Source of the DNA: an uncultured Acidobacteriota bacterium
GTDB lineage: Bacteria > Acidobacteriota > UBA6911
Length of the DNA stretch: 64,000 bases
Assembly (NCBI GenBank): GCA_963827655.1
Contig: CAWHCF010000022.1
Span: 348,967-412,966 of the forward strand
Direction: 5' to 3'
Shown here: piece after piece, positions 60,278-64,000 of the stretch
Numbering within the stretch: position 1 is the first letter of the stretch
How the letters are laid out: every line of letters starts with the position of its first letter
The notes under the pieces: model-generated
Seen by the model: the letters and a program-made list of their open reading frames with translations, nothing else
The model's database searches: none
Told to the model about the DNA's origin: nothing
Translations under genes and position numbers: made by a program

Positions 60278-62266
60278 TTAGCTTCCACGACGATTGGGCA
60301 TGGCGGAACTGCGATCCCAGATGATCCGGCAATCGGGCAGCGCCTTCTGCAGTTGTTGATACGCCGGCTCGCTCAAGAGTGTGTGGTAGAGATTAAGCTG
60401 GCGCAAGGAAGACATGCCGGCAAGCGTATCGGCCGACGCATCGGTAACCGCTGTGCTGTCGAGCCGCAGCTCTCGAAGCTGCGGCAACGCTTTCAAGGAC
60501 TCCAATCCCTGGTCTGTTACGGCGGTGTAGTCGAGGTTGACGCGAGCGAGCTTTTTCAAACTCCCCAGCGGCGAAATTTCCTTTACTCGGGTGCGCGCCA
60601 GGTCCAGTCGCTGGAGATTCGGAAGCGACGCGAGATGCGCCAAACCCTTGTCGGTGAGACGGGCGTAACTCAGGTTCAACTCCTCGAGCCCCGCCATGCT
60701 CGCGAGGTAAGCCAGTCCCGCGTCGCCGACGTCGGAGCCGGTCAGATCCAGCGATTTGAGATGCGCCAGCGATTTCAAATGCGAGAGCCCTTCGTCGGTG
60801 AGATCCGTATAACTCAGCGAGAGCCGGCTGAGGTTCGCCAGTTCCGCAATCGCGCGCAGCCCATCGTCATTCACCGGCGTGTCGGAAAGTTCGAGCTCGG
60901 TCAGCCCCTTCAACCGGGCCAGGGTGAGACCACTGATGGTAGTGTGGCTCAGGTTCAATCTGCGAAGCTGCGGGCAGTTTTCGAGGCGAGCCATTCCGGC
61001 ATCGGACACAGTCGTGTGGCTCAGGTTCACGGCCTCGAGAGCGGAGCAGCCGCCCAGGCTGCCAAGCGCCAGGTCTCCTATCTCGGTTGCTTCGACGTCG
61101 AGTTCTTTTAGATGTGCCAGCCCTTTCAGGTTCTCCAGCTGCGCATCCGTAACCGGCGTGGAAGCCAGCGAAACCTTCGAGACACGTCCGGCGTCAAACT
61201 CCACCTTGCCGCCCAACCGCTTGACCCAGTCGGCGACCGCCTTTTCTCCCTTACCGGCAAGCTGAACTTGAGTCGACTCGGCCGGAGAAAGCTTCACCGA
61301 CGAATCGAGAAAGGCTACTCGGCACCTGGGCAGCGACGCGCGAAGCTTCTCCACACCCGACCGGGTGACCCGCGTATAGCGCAAGTCGAGTCCAAGAAGT
61401 TCTTTCTTTCGTTGGAGCCTGTCGACGCCGGCGTTTGTAATCCGGCTCCGATAGAGATTCAATTCCTGAAGGTGCTCCATGTTCGCGAGGGCTTCGATTC
61501 CCTCATCGGTCAGAGGCGCTCCCAGGAGGTTCAGCTTGCGCATTTGGGTCAGATTCTTCAGATGCGCCAGACCTGCATTGGTAATCCGGCAGCCGTAAAG
61601 ATCCAGCTCCGTCAACTCGGTTAATCCCTCTAGGTGCTTCAACCCTGCGTCGGTGATAAACGTATCTCGAAGCACGAGCCGGGTGAGTTGCTTCATCCCC
61701 GCCAGGCTCTTGATGCCTTCGTCATCGATCGGCGAGTAGCTCAGATCGAGCGCTCGCAGGTTGATGAAAGGGGCCAGGCTGCTCCCTTTCACTCTCGATT
61801 GCGCCAGGCGCAACTCCTTGAGTTGCGTCAATCCGTGGATCCGCGCGATTCCTTTGTCCTGCAGATTGATGTTGGTCAAAAAATGAAGGCTGAAATGCAG
61901 TTTCTCGAGATTCTTGAGCGGATTGAGGAACTCCAGGGCCTCGTTAGAGTCACGCTTGCTCCCCGCCCCTTCGTTCCACATCGGACCGGGAAGATAGAGT
62001 TCCCTCAAATGAGCCAGACCCGACAGCCGGAAAAGCTGCTCCGGCTCGACCAGTGTGCCGGTGAGATCGATACCCACAATGTGAAAATCCGCCGCCGGCA
62101 GCTTCGCCAGATCACGAACCGGCTCGGCGTTGGGTTCCAGGGTGACACTGCCGTTCAGACGGATGATCCACTGGGCCACGGCGCGCTCGCTCTCCTGGGC
62201 CCGGGGCATTCCAGGGGCGATGAACCCGACGACAACCGCTCCCAATATCCAAGAGACGTGACGCAT
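60278..62266 (-). CDS. leucine-rich repeat protein (larger paralogue), signal peptide
   Basis: Two blocks of LRR units with the same consensus as the downstream gene. Confidence 0.75.
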   Translation of the reverse strand: MRHVSWILGAVVVGFIAPGMPRAQESERAVAQWIIRLNGSVTLEPNAEPVRDLAKLPAADFHIVGIDLTGTLVEPEQLFRLSGLAHLRELYLPGPMWNEGAGSKRDSNEALEFLNPLKNLEKLHFSLHFLTNINLQDKGIARIHGLTQLKELRLAQSRVKGSSLAPFINLRALDLSYSPIDDEGIKSLAGMKQLTRLVLRDTFITDAGLKHLEGLTELTELDLYGCRITNAGLAHLKNLTQMRKLNLLGAPLTDEGIEALANMEHLQELNLYRSRITNAGVDRLQRKKELLGLDLRYTRVTRSGVEKLRASLPRCRVAFLDSSVKLSPAESTQVQLAGKGEKAVADWVKRLGGKVEFDAGRVSKVSLASTPVTDAQLENLKGLAHLKELDVEATEIGDLALGSLGGCSALEAVNLSHTTVSDAGMARLENCPQLRRLNLSHTTISGLTLARLKGLTELELSDTPVNDDGLRAIAELANLSRLSLSYTDLTDEGLSHLKSLAHLKSLDLTGSDVGDAGLAYLASMAGLEELNLSYARLTDKGLAHLASLPNLQRLDLARTRVKEISPLGSLKKLARVNLDYTAVTDQGLESLKALPQLRELRLDSTAVTDASADTLAGMSSLRQLNLYHTLLSEPAYQQLQKALPDCRIIWDRSSAMPNRRGS

Positions 62267-62298
62267 CAGAGTCCGCCTTCGTCCATTAGCATCACCAA

Positions 62299-62340
62299 TT
62301 AAACCACAAAGACACAGAAGCGCGAAGAAGCGCCAGGAAT
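62299..62340. repeat. repeat family A, half copy (right-arm type)
   Basis: ttaaaccacaaagacacagaagcgcgaagaagcgccaggaat. Confidence 0.7.
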
Positions 62341-62348
62341 GGGCTCCG

Positions 62349-63611
62349 TCAAACCGCGTCGAAATCCCATCCGAAACCCGGCCGGTCCGATGGGCGCATG
62401 TAGATTCCTTCCGGCCCTCGGCTGATCTGGTTATCCTCTTCGTAACGTTTGTAGACTTCGGGAGGACCGCCGGGCGCCGGCATGAACAGCTCAGCCCAGG
62501 GGCTGTTGACCGTGGCCATGATGAAATGCACGGAGTCCTGGCTTCCGCCTCCGTGTGGAATCACCGGAATGTCATAAGCCGCCGCCAGCGCCCCGATGCG
62601 ACGCAACTCGGTCATGCCTCCGCACCAATGGATGTCGGGCTGCCAGATGCTGTTCACGCCCTGCTCGAGCAGCTGGCGGAATCCATACCGGGTGTACTCG
62701 TGTTCTCCCGTCACGATCCGGGTTGATTTGATCGCGGCATGCAGCCTGCCGAAGCCGGCGTAGTCGTGCGGCTGCAGACACTCTTCCATCCAGTACACTC
62801 GATAGGGGGCCATCATTTCGGCGATTTCGATGGTATAGCGCTCGGTCCATGCCATCCAGCAGTCGAGCATGATCTCGCCGTCCGGTCCCAGCAATTCGCG
62901 GGTTCGTTTTACCAGCTCCACATTCTTCTTCATTCCTTCGCGGCCATCGGCCGGACCGTGTGGAATCGCGAGCTTGAGTTTCTTGTAGCCGAACTCGACG
63001 TGCTGCTCGATGTCGTTTCCCGTGCAATAGGCCGGGAGCCGCGGCTTGGTTTCCCCGCCCAGGAGCTTGTAGACCGGCATGTCCAACGCCTTGCCGATCA
63101 GATCCCAAAGCGCTATGTCGACGCCGCTGATCGCATTGATGACCACGCCCTTTCTGCCGTAGTACATCGTCGAGCGCCACAGGATGTCCCAGATTCGTTC
63201 GATGTTGAACGGGTCTTCGTTGAGCAGCAGCTTGGTAAGGTGTTTTTCTACGATGAGCCCTCCAGCCGTCCCGCCGCTTCCGTAACCTTTCAATCCTTTG
63301 TCCGTCCCGATCTCGACGGTGAACCCTCCCAGCTGGCCGGGATCAGGCTGGAATAACGACCGTTTTGCTTTGTACTCGGCATAAATGGACATCGGGTTTG
63401 CGACTTCAACCCCGCCGGTGGACCAGGAGCCGGGCGCCGGTTTGTAGGAAGGCACCGGCTTTCGCGGCCTGGTCTGGACCAGGCGCACGCTGGTGATCTT
63501 GAGTTTGCTCTTTTCGCCTGAACGCTGGAAAGCCGCCATCACTGGCGCCTGGCCGGCGAGAGCGGTGGCCGAGGCCACGGGCGCGACTCTCAAGAAATCT
63601 CTACGATCCAT
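62349..63611 (-). CDS. enolase-superfamily enzyme (mandelate racemase/muconate lactonizing family, sugar-acid dehydratase-like) with Tat signal
   Basis: 'MDRRDFLRVAPVASATALAG'. Has an MR_MLE N-domain and C-terminal barrel. Confidence 0.8.
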   Translation of the reverse strand: MDRRDFLRVAPVASATALAGQAPVMAAFQRSGEKSKLKITSVRLVQTRPRKPVPSYKPAPGSWSTGGVEVANPMSIYAEYKAKRSLFQPDPGQLGGFTVEIGTDKGLKGYGSGGTAGGLIVEKHLTKLLLNEDPFNIERIWDILWRSTMYYGRKGVVINAISGVDIALWDLIGKALDMPVYKLLGGETKPRLPAYCTGNDIEQHVEFGYKKLKLAIPHGPADGREGMKKNVELVKRTRELLGPDGEIMLDCWMAWTERYTIEIAEMMAPYRVYWMEECLQPHDYAGFGRLHAAIKSTRIVTGEHEYTRYGFRQLLEQGVNSIWQPDIHWCGGMTELRRIGALAAAYDIPVIPHGGGSQDSVHFIMATVNSPWAELFMPAPGGPPEVYKRYEEDNQISRGPEGIYMRPSDRPGFGWDFDAV

Positions 63612-63670
63612 GGTTTTCCTTGCCTCCCGGAATACTCCGCATTGTACCCGAATCTTCCTCAGGGATGTAT

Positions 63671-63716
63671 CGCGTCTTCGTGTTTCTTCGTGTCTTTGCG
63701 TCTTCGCGGTGGTTGC
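63671..63716. repeat. repeat family A, half copy (left-arm type, with a duplicated unit)
   Basis: cgcgtcttcgtgtttcttcgtgtctttgcgtcttcgcggtggttgc. Confidence 0.7.
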
Positions 63717-63719
63717 TGC

Positions 63720-64000
63720 TCAACAGCGCGCGGATCGGGGAAGCATGAAAGGCTTCCCCTCGAGCGGAAAACTGCCGCGGACCATCAGCAGGTCGTCCCC
63801 GCTCAAGATGTGAGACTCAGGCGTGAGATTGCCTCCAAGCTGGTCCGGGCAAAAGTAGACCTCTACGCGCTCGATCGGGGCCGGAACCATCTCCACGATC
63901 TCGGAAAGACGGGGCGTTTCTTTTCCCACGACGTCGAAGAGGCGGAGCGTCGTCCCCTCGATCTCGAGCGACAAGACGACGTCGAGCTTGTCTGAATAAT
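63720..64000 (-). CDS. 3' end of a gene whose start lies beyond the window (hypothetical)
   Basis: The ORF is open to the window edge. No motif. Confidence 0.25.
   Translation of the reverse strand, partial: YSDKLDVVLSLEIEGTTLRLFDVVGKETPRLSEIVEMVPAPIERVEVYFCPDQLGGNLTPESHILSGDDLLMVRGSFPLEGKPFMLPRSARC

Noticed and set aside
1431-63716. Could the recurrent GAAGACAC-unit repeats be a CRISPR array?
   Set aside because: The copies are 3-10 kb apart and separated by genes. They lack regularly sized unique spacers and are imperfect palindromes rather than direct repeats. No cas genes are present.
1-64000. Search for tRNA, rRNA, transposase, integrase or phage genes
   Set aside because: No cloverleaf-like conserved tRNA segments, no rRNA-like sequence and no transposase or integrase motifs were seen in any frame. 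The repeats present are non-autonomous.

Overview
This is a high-GC (by eye ~60%) chromosomal segment that looks acidobacterial. The main clues are an Oar/CarboxypepD_reg-type TonB-dependent receptor, the PSCyt/DUF1553+DUF1501 and DUF1592+DUF1552 gene pairs, many sulfatases and many Tat-exported enzymes. I could not recognise any rRNA, tRNA, CRISPR array, transposase or integrase. Gene content includes a 7Fe ferredoxin, a di-haem cytochrome c peroxidase and an aa3-type cytochrome oxidase operon (coxB-ctaD-coxC-coxC'-coxD). There are two secreted multihaem cytochromes, an FHA-GAF histidine kinase, a POT peptide transporter, uppS, moaA and a Phd/YefM-VapC toxin-antitoxin pair. A periplasmic sulfated-glycan/sugar-acid catabolic cluster sits at 27-43 kb, a GH144-like + GH94 pair at 49-55 kb, and two leucine-rich-repeat (LRR) proteins at 59-62 kb. 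The most unusual content is non-coding. First, a dispersed family of about 12 intergenic palindromic elements built from inverted tandem GAAGACAC 8-mer units. Second, a family of GATTGAC heptamer tandem arrays at 7 loci, mostly around the two sulfatase genes and just upstream of an LRR gene. Third, several other long intergenic hairpins made of inverted short-unit arrays. Separately, at least ten genes are interrupted by what look like single-nucleotide insertions. That density suggests either indel-type assembly errors or an unusual load of frameshift pseudogenes. All coordinates are approximate to within a few bases where they were read by eye.
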